Assembly (NCBI GenBank): GCA_965261545.1
Contig: CBDHDF010000011.1
Location: forward strand, 128,001 to 192,000
Direction: 5' to 3'
Origin: Bdellovibrionales bacterium
Lineage (GTDB): Bacteria; Bdellovibrionota; Bdellovibrionia; Bdellovibrionales; UBA1609
DNA length: 64,000 nucleotides
Each line of letters opens with the position of its first letter. Positions within the stretch are counted from its first letter, which is position 1. Below are positions 29,809 to 40,358 of this stretch, in pieces. Under the pieces are notes generated by a model. It saw only the letters and a list, made by a program, of their open reading frames with translations. It had not been told where the DNA came from and did not search any database. Position numbers and translations under genes: made by a program.

Positions 29809-31321
29809 TGGGCCTCCTGTTAACCTTATTACCATGTTTCACCTCATGATAAAGGATTATCGCTATGAGTTTATGCCCAGAAGGCCTCGAAACCAAGGTC
29901 CACCCTGCCAAGGTATCTATTATCGTCACAGAATCCGATCCTCTGATTCAACTGGCCAACCACGTCGATTGGAGCTATCTGTCGTGTCTGGTCATGCCCG
30001 ACTTAAAAGCCACGACTGCAAAGGGTTTTTGGTGGCTAGGAAGAAAGCTCTTTTTAAGAGTTCATCTAGCCGTGCTGCTGCTTCAGGTTCTATTCAAACT
30101 CACGGATCGAGGGGTGGAGCAACGGATAAAAGAGACGGCCAGTTATCAGCTTTTTTGTGGTCTAAATATCCTCAAAAAATGGTGTTGTCCCGATCATACG
30201 AAAATAGAAAAATTTCGCAATCGACTGACGGAAGAGACTCACAAAGAAATAGGAGATTATATTCTTCGCTTGGCTCAATCCCTGGGGTTTGCAGACGCCT
30301 CTCATTTGGATGTCGATTCGACCGTTCAGGAAGCCAATATGGCTTATCCCTCCGATGCCAGTCTTTTGAAAAAGTTGGCTCAGAAGTGTTACAAAATTCT
30401 TTCGTATCTTCAAGAAAAGCAGAAGACCTACTTACCATCGGGTATAACCATAGATATCAAAGCCATCATCAAGGCCGCTCGAAAGTATTTTTTTCTAGCC
30501 AAAAATTGTGTATTAGAGAAGAAGAGGGAGGTATTTTCAGACCTTCACAGTCTTGTAAAGTCAGAGTTAAAAGCCTTTATAAGGTTTGCAGAAAATCTTT
30601 CTCCACAGGCTCTAGCGAGTCTTCCTTGGAACCACCGAGAAGCCGTCACAGAAGTGAGAGACAAGGCTTGGAGATACCTTTTGGACGTGGCCCATTTTGT
30701 AAGAACTCACACCATCAAGCCTGGCAAAATCCTTGCCTTCAAATTGTGTGCGGTCGCCTGTATCAAAAAGGGGAAGTTAGGCAAAGACAAGGAGTTTGGG
30801 AGGGTCTTCCAAGTCGGGCGGATTGGTGGAAATTTTATTGTTCCCTATACTTGCACTTCTGTGAGAATGGACGACAAGGAGTCATTGCCAGCTATATTGG
30901 AAGAACATCAAAAAATATTTGGCGAAGATATTTTAGAGTCAGTTACAACAGACAAGGGGTATTATTCACAAGCCAACGTCAATCTCGTCAAAGATGTTGT
31001 GGGAAATGCAGATGGAATTCAAAGACCTGCCAACGTAAAAGAACAGGTCGAAGCCCCCCAGAAAGAAGAATTATACAATCGCAGGTCGGGGGTCGAACCT
31101 CTCATAGGGCATGTCAAAAACTTTGGATTAGCAAGAAGCAAGATGAAAGGGGATGGGGCCACACTGGCTTCGGGGTATCGCTCGACCATGGGGTTCAATC
31201 TGCACCAAATTATGAGAAATTTAGCGGTGACGATGCCAACTCCAAGCTTCAAGGGTGGGTAGAACAAGGGAAAGTTAAAAAGAGGCTACTTCAGAGCCCA
31301 AGTCCAAATGAGGGCACATAA
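29789..31321 (+). other. Overprinted stop-free reading frame across the type-A transposase (also at 9691-11223, minus strand)
   Basis: 510 codons without a stop in the -1 frame on the same strand; transposase codons avoid T before AA/AG/GA-initial codons. Confidence 0.55.
29865..31262 (+). CDS. DDE transposase (ISNCY/IS5-like), copy 2
   Basis: Identical protein to 9750-11147. Confidence 0.88.
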   Translation: MSLCPEGLETKVHPAKVSIIVTESDPLIQLANHVDWSYLSCLVMPDLKATTAKGFWWLGRKLFLRVHLAVLLLQVLFKLTDRGVEQRIKETASYQLFCGLNILKKWCCPDHTKIEKFRNRLTEETHKEIGDYILRLAQSLGFADASHLDVDSTVQEANMAYPSDASLLKKLAQKCYKILSYLQEKQKTYLPSGITIDIKAIIKAARKYFFLAKNCVLEKKREVFSDLHSLVKSELKAFIRFAENLSPQALASLPWNHREAVTEVRDKAWRYLLDVAHFVRTHTIKPGKILAFKLCAVACIKKGKLGKDKEFGRVFQVGRIGGNFIVPYTCTSVRMDDKESLPAILEEHQKIFGEDILESVTTDKGYYSQANVNLVKDVVGNADGIQRPANVKEQVEAPQKEELYNRRSGVEPLIGHVKNFGLARSKMKGDGATLASGYRSTMGFNLHQIMRNLAVTMPTPSFKGG

Positions 31322-31902
31322 ACGGCCCTTTTTAATTTCGCGACAGCGACTAACTAGTTCCTGTCCAGGGAAGAAAGTTAAGTAGTTTTAAGTATTTACA
31401 TGCCTTCCCTTTAGATTTTATGCTTTAAAATGGAGTCCATCAAACATAATCCGTGTAAATTCAGTTACTTACATAAAACGGAAAAATAAAATAAGTTCCC
31501 CCCCCTCTCTTGACGAACCTTTCACAGCCCCTCCCTTTCAGTGACTTATGTGGCTATCAACTGGTTACTTGATATGAGAGGAAGAGTTGGATCAACCTGT
31601 GTTTCCACCGTGGTGATTTCAAACCTCCTTCAGGGAAATAACATTACGTTGCGCATCAACTTCAAAAAATACTTGACGTGTTTTTTCAGAGAAATAATTT
31701 TTGATATTTTATTCTTCATTTATTTTTTATGTAGGTTTTAGGAGGCGTGGGAACCTCTCTATGAGGTAGAATTCTTATCCATGTTCTCCGAGAACCTCTC
31801 TGATTTTTTTCTTCTTAAAAGACATCCTTGCTCACTTTTTTCCCTCAAAAAAACGTATGTTAATATAAAAATTAAAGAGAAACTTTCACCAAAGGGGGGA
31901 CT

Positions 31903-33267
31903 ATGCGCCATTTGAAGAAGACACAGTTGGGACTCTTTTCCCAATATCCTAACCACCAACTCAGTACAGAATTGCAGCAAATTAATAACATCATTGATCG
32001 CCATCCAGAGTTTGCCCATATGGTTCATGAAGACCTTGTTAAAGAAAAGAAAGATTCTGGTGATATTGGTATGACATCGGAGCAAGTTCTCAAGGTGGCT
32101 ATTCTTAAATCCATAAGAGGTCTTTCCTATCGTGCGTTAGCCTTTAATCTTGTCGATTCAGTATCCACCAGAGCTTTTCTGGGCCTTGAATTGGAAGAAA
32201 ATTACGCTCACTCCACCTTACAGGACTTGATTGTTCAAATAAGTGAAGAAACTTGGGGAATTATTAGCGCCTCTTTAGTTTCAGATGCAAGAGATCAAAA
32301 GATTGAGCCGTGTAAGAAAATGAGATTGGACAGTACAGTGACGAAATCAAATATTCATCATCCAACGGATGCATCGCTTTTATATGACTGCATAAGAGTT
32401 ACAGAAAGAGAATTTAAAAAAGTTCGTAAAAATGTCATGAAAGATTTTTGGCGACTTATTTCAAGAGAAGATCTTAAGAGAGCAAAAACCTTGCTTTACA
32501 AAATTAATAATTCCAAAAATGATGCGGAAAGACTACCTTGCTATAAGGAGCTTTTAAAAATCGCTACCAAATTGAACAAAGGATTACCTGATACCATCAG
32601 AAAGATAAAAAAAGAACAAAAATGTGTGAAGATGAATGCTTTGAAAAAGAGTCTAAAACAGTTAGAAAATGTTGCCTTCTACCTGGAAAAAATCATCTTT
32701 CAAACTCAAAAAAGAGTTATTGAGGGGAAAAAAGTATCTTCTGAAAAAAAGGTCCTATCCATCTTTGAACCGCATACAGACATTATTGTAAAGGGGCAAA
32801 GAGAAGTCGAGTTTGGGCATAAAATCTTTCTGACCTCAGGGCAAAGCAACATGATTTTAGATTGTCAGATCCCTGATGGCAACCCCGCAGACTCTGATAT
32901 GTTTTTAAAAGTTATGAATTCAGTGACACAAACCTATGGGGCTTGCCCTGTAAAAGTAAGTGCAGATGGTGGGTTTGCTTCAAAAGAAAATCTTGAAGAG
33001 GCCAAAGAGATGGGGGCTAAAGATGTTTGCTTCCCAGAAAAAAAAGGAATGAAAATATTAAAGATGGTTAAAAGTGCTTGGGTCTTTAAAAATCTTCTCA
33101 ATTGGAGAGCCGGAATAGAGGCTGTTATTTCATTCCTTAAGAGATGTTTTGGTATGAGAGTTGCTTACTGGAAAGGGCATGATGGTTTTAAGAGGTATGT
33201 AAAGAATGCCGTTTGTGCCTATAATTTTGTTGTCTTGGCAAGACATGAATTATCAACTGTCACCTAA
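31903..33267 (+). CDS. ISNCY-like DDE transposase
   Basis: RLDSTV, HHPTDASLL, EFGHK, ADGGF, WRAGIEAVIS motifs. Confidence 0.88.
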   Translation: MRHLKKTQLGLFSQYPNHQLSTELQQINNIIDRHPEFAHMVHEDLVKEKKDSGDIGMTSEQVLKVAILKSIRGLSYRALAFNLVDSVSTRAFLGLELEENYAHSTLQDLIVQISEETWGIISASLVSDARDQKIEPCKKMRLDSTVTKSNIHHPTDASLLYDCIRVTEREFKKVRKNVMKDFWRLISREDLKRAKTLLYKINNSKNDAERLPCYKELLKIATKLNKGLPDTIRKIKKEQKCVKMNALKKSLKQLENVAFYLEKIIFQTQKRVIEGKKVSSEKKVLSIFEPHTDIIVKGQREVEFGHKIFLTSGQSNMILDCQIPDGNPADSDMFLKVMNSVTQTYGACPVKVSADGGFASKENLEEAKEMGAKDVCFPEKKGMKILKMVKSAWVFKNLLNWRAGIEAVISFLKRCFGMRVAYWKGHDGFKRYVKNAVCAYNFVVLARHELSTVT

Positions 33268-33421
33268 ATTTATCCATTAGGAATAACAGCAATGGACCAG
33301 GTCGAAGGTGCTAAAATCTTCCAAAGGTAGGGGTGCGTCTTCAAATCGAAAAAACTAGGGCGCAAGTCGCTTAAAGACCTTTTTCCCCTTAATCTGTAGA
33401 GTTTGTGTGGCAAATCTCCAA

Positions 33422-33471
33422 CTCTCACTCCCCCATTGAGGCATTGGGAGGCTCAATGGGGAGTGTCAGAG
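33422..33471. terminator. Long subterminal hairpin in the type-B IS (also near 52210-52260)
   Basis: CACTCCCCCATTGAG ... CTCAATGGGGAGTG inverted repeat downstream of the transposase. Confidence 0.45.
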
Positions 33472-33690
33472 AACAAAAAATGGGCCTTTCTGGACAGAAA
33501 CTAACTAGATCAGGTTACAAAATAACAAGTGAATGTATCATTTTATAACATGATAAAAAAAGTGAATAATTGTTCATTTTCTGTCACTTCTCTTGACACC
33601 TTAAGTGCTCTAACATTGAGATGGAGTGGCATAGTTATTGAAGCATTTATTTGTATAAGAAATTTTTGATAAAAACGAAAGGGGTTTTTT

Positions 33691-34362
33691 ATGAATAAGA
33701 AGGGTTTACTTTATACCTATATATGCACGCTAATATTTAGCTTTTTGTCTCTTATATTAATAGTGGGTTGTGGAGGTAGAGAAAGGTCGGCCACAGGGGA
33801 TCGCAACATCCCCAAAGGCTGCGATGGGTCTGGTTGCGAAGAAACAGAAGCAGCCTCCTATCCCTATGTGAGAGGCTGGAGTCATGAACTTTACTTATCT
33901 AATTCTCAGGCTTATCGTAGTCTCTTGCAAGACTATCGCATATGTGATCCTCCGGGATGGATTCAGATTGGATTTCGCTGTAAAAATTGGGATAACCAAG
34001 GAACTTTTATTCTAGAGGTGGCGGAAGTGTCCTTTCCCACCAGTGGAGCTAGAGAAATTCGTGGGAAAGTGATTTTTAATGTGTTTCACGATTCGTTGGT
34101 ACAAAATCGATCCATTTCTATTGAGGGGAAAATCAGGCCATGGAATAGTGGTCAAGGTTTTGCCATGTGGTCAGAAAATGGTGCTTTAGATACAAATGAT
34201 TCTCATAGGGCCGGTCGCTTGAAAATTCAAGTGAAACAAGGTCTCCTGGATGATGATCAAATACATGTTCATATTTATTATAGAAACAAGAAGCTAGCTT
34301 CTTCTTGGGTCTATCTCGATTATGACCGTCGTGACGAGAATTCCACTGAATCATCTGAATAA
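33691..34362 (+). CDS. Hypothetical lipoprotein
   Basis: Basic N-terminus, hydrophobic core and LIVGC lipobox; paired cysteines. Confidence 0.75.
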   Translation: MNKKGLLYTYICTLIFSFLSLILIVGCGGRERSATGDRNIPKGCDGSGCEETEAASYPYVRGWSHELYLSNSQAYRSLLQDYRICDPPGWIQIGFRCKNWDNQGTFILEVAEVSFPTSGAREIRGKVIFNVFHDSLVQNRSISIEGKIRPWNSGQGFAMWSENGALDTNDSHRAGRLKIQVKQGLLDDDQIHVHIYYRNKKLASSWVYLDYDRRDENSTESSE

Positions 34363-34659
34363 TTTGAATCATTTGAATCCTGCATCTCTATTGGTCCTGT
34401 TTTAGGCCACCCATGCCGGAAGCTTGCTTCTACCTTGCCCTTAGACCTACCAAGAGTCTAGAAATTGAAGCGACAGCCTATATTTCTCATAAAATCATTG
34501 GATAATCCCTAGAGTGTGTCGATATCTCCTAAAGGTGAGATATTTGGACATATGTCAAGAATATTTTATAAGAAATTTGGTCTATAATTTAAGAAATTAA
34601 GTTAATTACTAGGCTTCTTGGTCCGCTAGGATATTTTTTGGAGCTACGGAGGGTGCAGG

Positions 34660-36042
34660 TTGTTACGGAATAAGCTTATGGTATCTAATAGAATGAGATT
34701 TACAAAACGATTGAAAAGAAAATTTACAAATAGTTTTAAGTGGATTGAGGGATTTTTAATTGTATTTTTAATGGGGGCCATGGGTTGTGGGGACAATGTT
34801 TTTGAATCTATAGGTGATAGCGAGACATCACCCTTGTCCAAGGGGCAATTTGATCCCACACGATTTGCATTTATAGGAGAGGTTTCTAATTGTTTGCATG
34901 TCTCCGATGGTTGGACCAATGCTTGTATATTCAGAAAAAACCCTATAGCCGATCAGGGAGGTCGTCTTCCCTCCCCCCCCCCTCTTGTGAACGCAGGAAG
35001 TGTTTTGGAGGGTGAGACCAATGAGTTGATTGGTATTACAGATGTATCGCATCTACAAACAACAGCTGTTTATTTGCCTGGAAGTCAACTGGGAAACATG
35101 GACTTTGTTATCGATTACAGTGAAGTATTCGACCCTGTCCCTCTCATTGAACCTAATAGTGATGGAAATTGGAAGTATTCCTTTTACAACGAGGAGCATT
35201 TCAATGCTCTCAATGTTCATATATTTTTTTGGGCGAACTATCTTAAGCAAAGGGTTAAGGATATTACGGGGCACTTTTATCCAGAGGGCCAGGGTTTAAT
35301 TCTTATTCCCATATTTCCTTTTTATAAAAAGAAAGTTCTCATCAATGCCCTTTGGATTTATCATCTTAACTCTCTTGTCTTTGGTCTTTCTCCATCTGTA
35401 GGAGTGGACTCCGCAGGAAAGAGTACCCATGTTCCTTTGGGTTTTGATTCGGGAATTGTGGCCCATGAAATAGGTCATGCTATTCTTGACTATGCATCTG
35501 TGGCGAAGATTCAATTCAATAAAAGTTTAGAGATGAGGGACTGCGGTAGGAGAAGGAAAGCCGTGTGTTCTAAAGATTTTCATGGAAGCCCGCGTGCTAT
35601 TCATGAGGGAGTTGGAGATATCTTGGCTCTTTTTTTGTTTCCCAAGTCCACACCTTTTGCTGAGTTGCTTGAGTATAGCCCTGAGGGCTTGGACCACTGT
35701 GGAGTTTCGAGAAATGTACAAGAAATCAAGAGTCAGAAGATCACTGCTCGCCACCTTTTTGAAGCCTGTGGAGGTCGTGTAGAGGCACCAGGAGAAATTC
35801 ACGCCATGGGTTCCATTTATAGTACTATATGGTATGGATTATTTGAAAGTGCCTTTCAGAGAGGGGGAAAGGATGAACGAGATAGGGCTTATCATTTATT
35901 TTTTGAGCATTTAAAAAATATTACAAGCAATGACACCTTCCTGACGATGAAAAAGACAATTCAAATCATTGATCAGAATCTATTTGACGGACAATTTTCA
36001 GAAGATCTGGATAGAGAATATAGTTTGATGGGTTACCAATAA
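34660..36042 (+). CDS. Lipoprotein gluzincin metallopeptidase (M4/M36-like), paralogue 1
   Basis: AMGC lipobox; NALW, AHEIGH, AIHEGVGD, GEIHAMG. True start may be a later ATG. Confidence 0.78.
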   Translation: MLRNKLMVSNRMRFTKRLKRKFTNSFKWIEGFLIVFLMGAMGCGDNVFESIGDSETSPLSKGQFDPTRFAFIGEVSNCLHVSDGWTNACIFRKNPIADQGGRLPSPPPLVNAGSVLEGETNELIGITDVSHLQTTAVYLPGSQLGNMDFVIDYSEVFDPVPLIEPNSDGNWKYSFYNEEHFNALNVHIFFWANYLKQRVKDITGHFYPEGQGLILIPIFPFYKKKVLINALWIYHLNSLVFGLSPSVGVDSAGKSTHVPLGFDSGIVAHEIGHAILDYASVAKIQFNKSLEMRDCGRRRKAVCSKDFHGSPRAIHEGVGDILALFLFPKSTPFAELLEYSPEGLDHCGVSRNVQEIKSQKITARHLFEACGGRVEAPGEIHAMGSIYSTIWYGLFESAFQRGGKDERDRAYHLFFEHLKNITSNDTFLTMKKTIQIIDQNLFDGQFSEDLDREYSLMGYQ

Positions 36043-36044
36043 GT

Positions 36045-37397
36045 ATGTCTATAGAAGACAGGAAGGTTCTTTGGTACAAGTTTCGTTCTATAGGTATTGT
36101 TGGTATTTTTAGTATTGTCATAGGTATATGTGTTGTATCTCTTCTTATCGCCTGTGGAAGAACTCCATTTGAAACACAATCGTCTTCATCCCAAGGAAGG
36201 ATCACTCAATTTAAGAGCTTAGGGAAGGTGCCCAACTGTTTGTATACATCAAATTCCCTCGTCAATGCTTGCATATTTGGTAAAAACCCTGTGGTTGATC
36301 AAGGAACTGTCCTTTCCAACCCACCTCTTGTCAATGCCGGTAGTGTTGCTTTGGGAAGAACCACTGAATTGATTGGAATCACAGATGTGTCATCTCTTCA
36401 AACTCATGGTGTTTATATTCCTGGAACAAAATTAAGCAACACTGATTTTAGTGTCAACTATGAAGGTATTTTCTCTCCTCTTCCTCTTATGGTTCCCAAT
36501 AGTGATGGCAATTGGAAATATACCTTTTACAATGAAGAAAACTTGAATGCTCTCAATGTTCATACGTTTTTTTGGGCGAATTATCTCAAAAAAAAGATTA
36601 AAGACCTCACAGGTAGTTTTTATCCAGAGAACCAAGGCTTGAATCTTGCCCCCATTCTTCCTTTTGATCGAAATGGGGTTATATCCAATGCATTTTGGAT
36701 TTCCAGCGTCAAATTGCTTGCTTTTGGCCTTTCTGCGCCTATAAGAAAGGACTCTATGGGTGGGGCCACTTATATCCCCCTAGGGTTTGATTCGGGAATT
36801 GTGTCCCATGAGATAGGGCATGCCATTCTCGATTATGCATCTTTTTCTGAACTTGGATTCAACTCAGACTTGGAGAACCACTGTGGTGAGAGCCAAAAAC
36901 AGGTTTGCTCTAAAACCATCCATGGAAGTCCTAGAGCTATTCACGAAGGAGTGGGAGATATCGTCAGTCTTTTTTTGTTCCCTGAATCTACGCCCATAGG
37001 CGAATTATTCTACAATGACCTTGAAGGTCTGTCCCATTGTACCGTTGGTGGAAGTGGAATTTCTAGGGATGTGAAGGTCATCAGAAGCCAAGGGTTGGTA
37101 GCCCAAGACTTTTTTGATGCTTGTGGAAAACACAGTCTTGAGGCATCTGGAGAGATCCATGCCATGGGCTCCATTTATAGTACGATATGGTATGGGGTTT
37201 TTCAAAAGGCTCTTGAGAGAGGAGGAGAGGGTGAGTGGGGAAGGGCGTATCAACTTTTCTTTGAGCATTTAAAAAATATTACAAGCATGGATACTTTTGA
37301 TACACTACAAACAACGATCAAAAATATTGATAACCAGCTTTTTGAAGGGGGTTTTTCAAGCGATTTAGATAGCGAGTATAAGCGTATGTATGAGTGA
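36045..37397 (+). CDS. Lipoprotein gluzincin metallopeptidase (M4/M36-like), paralogue 2
   Basis: LIAC lipobox; NAFW, SHEIGH, AIHEGVGD, GEIHAMG; colinear with paralogue 1. Confidence 0.78.
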   Translation: MSIEDRKVLWYKFRSIGIVGIFSIVIGICVVSLLIACGRTPFETQSSSSQGRITQFKSLGKVPNCLYTSNSLVNACIFGKNPVVDQGTVLSNPPLVNAGSVALGRTTELIGITDVSSLQTHGVYIPGTKLSNTDFSVNYEGIFSPLPLMVPNSDGNWKYTFYNEENLNALNVHTFFWANYLKKKIKDLTGSFYPENQGLNLAPILPFDRNGVISNAFWISSVKLLAFGLSAPIRKDSMGGATYIPLGFDSGIVSHEIGHAILDYASFSELGFNSDLENHCGESQKQVCSKTIHGSPRAIHEGVGDIVSLFLFPESTPIGELFYNDLEGLSHCTVGGSGISRDVKVIRSQGLVAQDFFDACGKHSLEASGEIHAMGSIYSTIWYGVFQKALERGGEGEWGRAYQLFFEHLKNITSMDTFDTLQTTIKNIDNQLFEGGFSSDLDSEYKRMYE

Positions 37398-38891
37398 CAG
37401 CATATAATATATAAAAGCGTAGTCCCAATGGATGGATCAAAACTGGCCATTTGTGGGAGGAAATAATTCTTATTTAGTTCCTGTCCAGGGAAGAAAGTTA
37501 AGTAGTTTTAAGTATTTACATGCCTTCCCTTTAGATTTTATGCTTTAAAATGGAGTCCATCAAACATAATCCGTGTAAATTCAGTTACTTACATAAAACG
37601 GAAAAATAAAATAAGTTCCCCCCCCCCTCTCTTGACGAACCTTTCACAGCCCCTCCCTTTCAGTGACTTATGTGGCTATCAACTGGTTACTTGATATGAG
37701 AGGAAGAGTTGGATCAACCTGTGTTTCCACCGTGGTGATTTCAAACCTCCTTCAGGGAAATAACATTACGTTGCGCATCAACTTCAAAAAATACTTGACG
37801 TGTTTTTTCAGAGAAATAATTTTTGATATTTTATTCTTCATTTATTTTTTATGTAGGTTTTAGGAGGCGTGGGAACCTCTCTATGAGGTAGAATTCTTAT
37901 CCATGTTCTCCGAGAACCTCTCTGATTTTTTTCTTCTTAAAAGACATCCTTGCTCACTTTTTTCCCTCAAAAAAACGTATGTTAATATAAAAATTAAAGA
38001 GAAACTTTCACCAAAGGGGGGACTATGCGCCATTTGAAGAAGACACAGTTGGGACTCTTTTCCCAATATCCTAACCACCAACTCAGTACAGAATTGCAGC
38101 AAATTAATAACATCATTGATCGCCATCCAGAGTTTGCCCATATGGTTCATGAAGCAATGCCGTTTCCTTAAGCCACCACACCCCTCTGCCTCTGCGTTAA
38201 GCTATTTCTTTTAAAAGAACTCCCAGCCCTTTTGATAGACCTTTCATAGCTTCTTTTGAAGTGCCTCCTCTTCTCCATTGAAATCTTCATCAGCAACTTT
38301 ATCTGCTTCCTAAATTTCTGATAGTGTTAGCTGACAATTAAAATGCCCCACCGTCGCCAATGAAAAGTGGCCACTTTTCAGAGGAGGACCTATGGTGATT
38401 TTTGGCATTGTCAACCGAGACGCATATAATCAATTGATATTACTCATAAAAAGGCTCCGAGCTGATAAGAACTCCTTTTGGGTTCTTGTCGACCTGGAAA
38501 GGGGCTCCGTGTTGGAGAGTCCTTCCATGACAGCCTATTCAGGTTCCATATTTGTCATTTGTAGACTGTTTCTGGATTTCAATGAGGTTAAATATATAGT
38601 CAAGAAAAGCCTGTTTAGGCTGTGCCCATTTTCTAAAGTATTTAAATTCCACAAGATTCCAACATTTGCCTCAATTTTCATGGAATTTCTTTCTGAAGAC
38701 AGGCTTCCCTTAAAGCCGTCGCCAATTAAAATGTCCCACTTTCAATATGGAGGTTGTCGCCAATGAAAAGTGACCAATCTTCAGGGAGTGTTCAAATACT
38801 AGACAATGAAGTCTCTTCTTCTGATATAGATACTAAGCTCACAGAGTCCCTCCCTTTTGCAACTCAAAAGGTTAGCAATGAGGAGGATCTT

Positions 38892-40358
38892 ATGATTAGT
38901 CAATACACTTTCGGCCGCATTCGTGACCTGAGTCACAGTGGTAAAAATAAGACAGAAATATCTCGTGAATTAGGGATCAATCGTAAGACGGTGCGCAAGT
39001 ACTGTGAGTCCAACACCCCACCGAAGTACAAGGCGAGGTCCAAAAGAACTCGCCCAGATCCCCTTAATGGATATATGGATCGGGTGAAGTACTTTTTGAA
39101 GTTGAACCCAAGTAACACCGCCCGTGAAATATATGAGCTATTAGTTGAGGAGGGTTATCGTGGGAGTGAGAGAACGGTTCAGAGAAGAGTTTGTGAGATT
39201 CTTGGTTCTCGCCCCAAGGAGCGTTTTTTCAGCCAAAGATATGATCCTGGAGAACAGGCTCAGTTTGATTTTAAGGAGAAGGTTGCTTTACCATTTGCCG
39301 ATGGTGTTCAGATCGTTCATCTCCATTTTGGAACATTGCCTTGTAGTGGCACCTGTTGGGTTCGTGCCTACCCCTTTCTTGTCTATGAGTGTTTCATCGA
39401 TGGGGTGCATGCTTTTTTTGAAAAGATAGGTGGGATGAGTGCGAACATCCGTATTGATAATTTATCTCCCTGTGTGAAGAAAGTTCTTAAAGGAAATCAG
39501 CGAATTTACACCCAATCTTTTGATCGAGCCATCCAATACTATGGATTTAAGGTTCTTCCCTGCCGCGCAGGGAAGGGCTCTGACAAGGGAGATGTGGAGC
39601 GTGATATTCGAACCTTCAGTTCTCGGATAAAAAATATTGTTAGAAACAAAGGAATTGTTTTTAAAGACTGGGATCATTTGAATCAGTTTTTAGAGTCTTA
39701 TATGGATCAGCATCAGAGTGACTCCACCAAATCTCGCTTTGAGGAGGAGGCCAAAGTTCTTAAGCCTTTGCCTCCACGAGATGAAGATATTCTCTGTAAG
39801 GTGAATATTTGTCAAAGTAATGGTTATGGGACTTTGAGAATAGGTAAAACCACATATTCCATACCTGATGAGGTGATCCAAGCTCCCTGTAAAACCGTAC
39901 AGGGTCCCTATCATGTCACGATCTATCGTGCAGGAGGGAAGCAAGAAATTGTCGCTCGCCATCAAAGAAAACCTGATGGGGAGCATAGTCTTCTTCTTGA
40001 ACATATCCTTCCCTCTTTAGTTCGTAAGCCGCAAGCCATGGTAAGATGGGCTCACCGATCCATTCTTTTTCCAACAAATGTGTTTGAAAATTTTTATCAA
40101 TACCTCAAGCAACAAGATTCAAGCCGTGCCGAGCATGAATATTTAAGAGTTATCAACTTGATTCAGCATGTGAGTTGGCAGGACTTATCTACAGCCATGG
40201 AGCTTCAATTAGAAAGTCGTGAGATTTTCGACTTTAAATCCATAAAAGATTTGCTCTTAGGCAATCCCACCAAAATTAATTTGAATGACCAACAAAAACC
40301 ACTTCAACCTAGATTGTCTCAATATGACAGTCTTGTTCCAAACATAGGAGGTTCTTAA
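38892..40358 (+). CDS. istA: IstA transposase
   Basis: HTH (ISRELGINRKTVRKY), PGEQAQFDF, IDNL, DKGDVE; AGGAGG RBS before ATG 38892. Confidence 0.92.
   Translation: MISQYTFGRIRDLSHSGKNKTEISRELGINRKTVRKYCESNTPPKYKARSKRTRPDPLNGYMDRVKYFLKLNPSNTAREIYELLVEEGYRGSERTVQRRVCEILGSRPKERFFSQRYDPGEQAQFDFKEKVALPFADGVQIVHLHFGTLPCSGTCWVRAYPFLVYECFIDGVHAFFEKIGGMSANIRIDNLSPCVKKVLKGNQRIYTQSFDRAIQYYGFKVLPCRAGKGSDKGDVERDIRTFSSRIKNIVRNKGIVFKDWDHLNQFLESYMDQHQSDSTKSRFEEEAKVLKPLPPRDEDILCKVNICQSNGYGTLRIGKTTYSIPDEVIQAPCKTVQGPYHVTIYRAGGKQEIVARHQRKPDGEHSLLLEHILPSLVRKPQAMVRWAHRSILFPTNVFENFYQYLKQQDSSRAEHEYLRVINLIQHVSWQDLSTAMELQLESREIFDFKSIKDLLLGNPTKINLNDQQKPLQPRLSQYDSLVPNIGGS

Larger units (their letters stand above)
29336..31350 (+). 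mobile_element. ISNCY/IS5-like element type A, copy 2
   Basis: Same TIRs as copy 1; TSD TAACTA (29330-29335, 31351-31356). Confidence 0.9.
31357..33501 (+). mobile_element. ISNCY-like element type B, copy 1 (intact)
   Basis: TIRs GTTCCTGTCCAG / CTGGACAGAAAC; TSD TAACTA. Confidence 0.88.

Noticed and set aside
31541..31741. 66-aa ORF in the ISNCY-B left arm
   Set aside because: Low-complexity and no RBS; conservation only reflects IS copy identity.
38392..38766. 124-aa ORF in the IS21-A left arm
   Set aside because: No motif, overlaps end repeats and is frameshifted in copy 3; probably non-coding.
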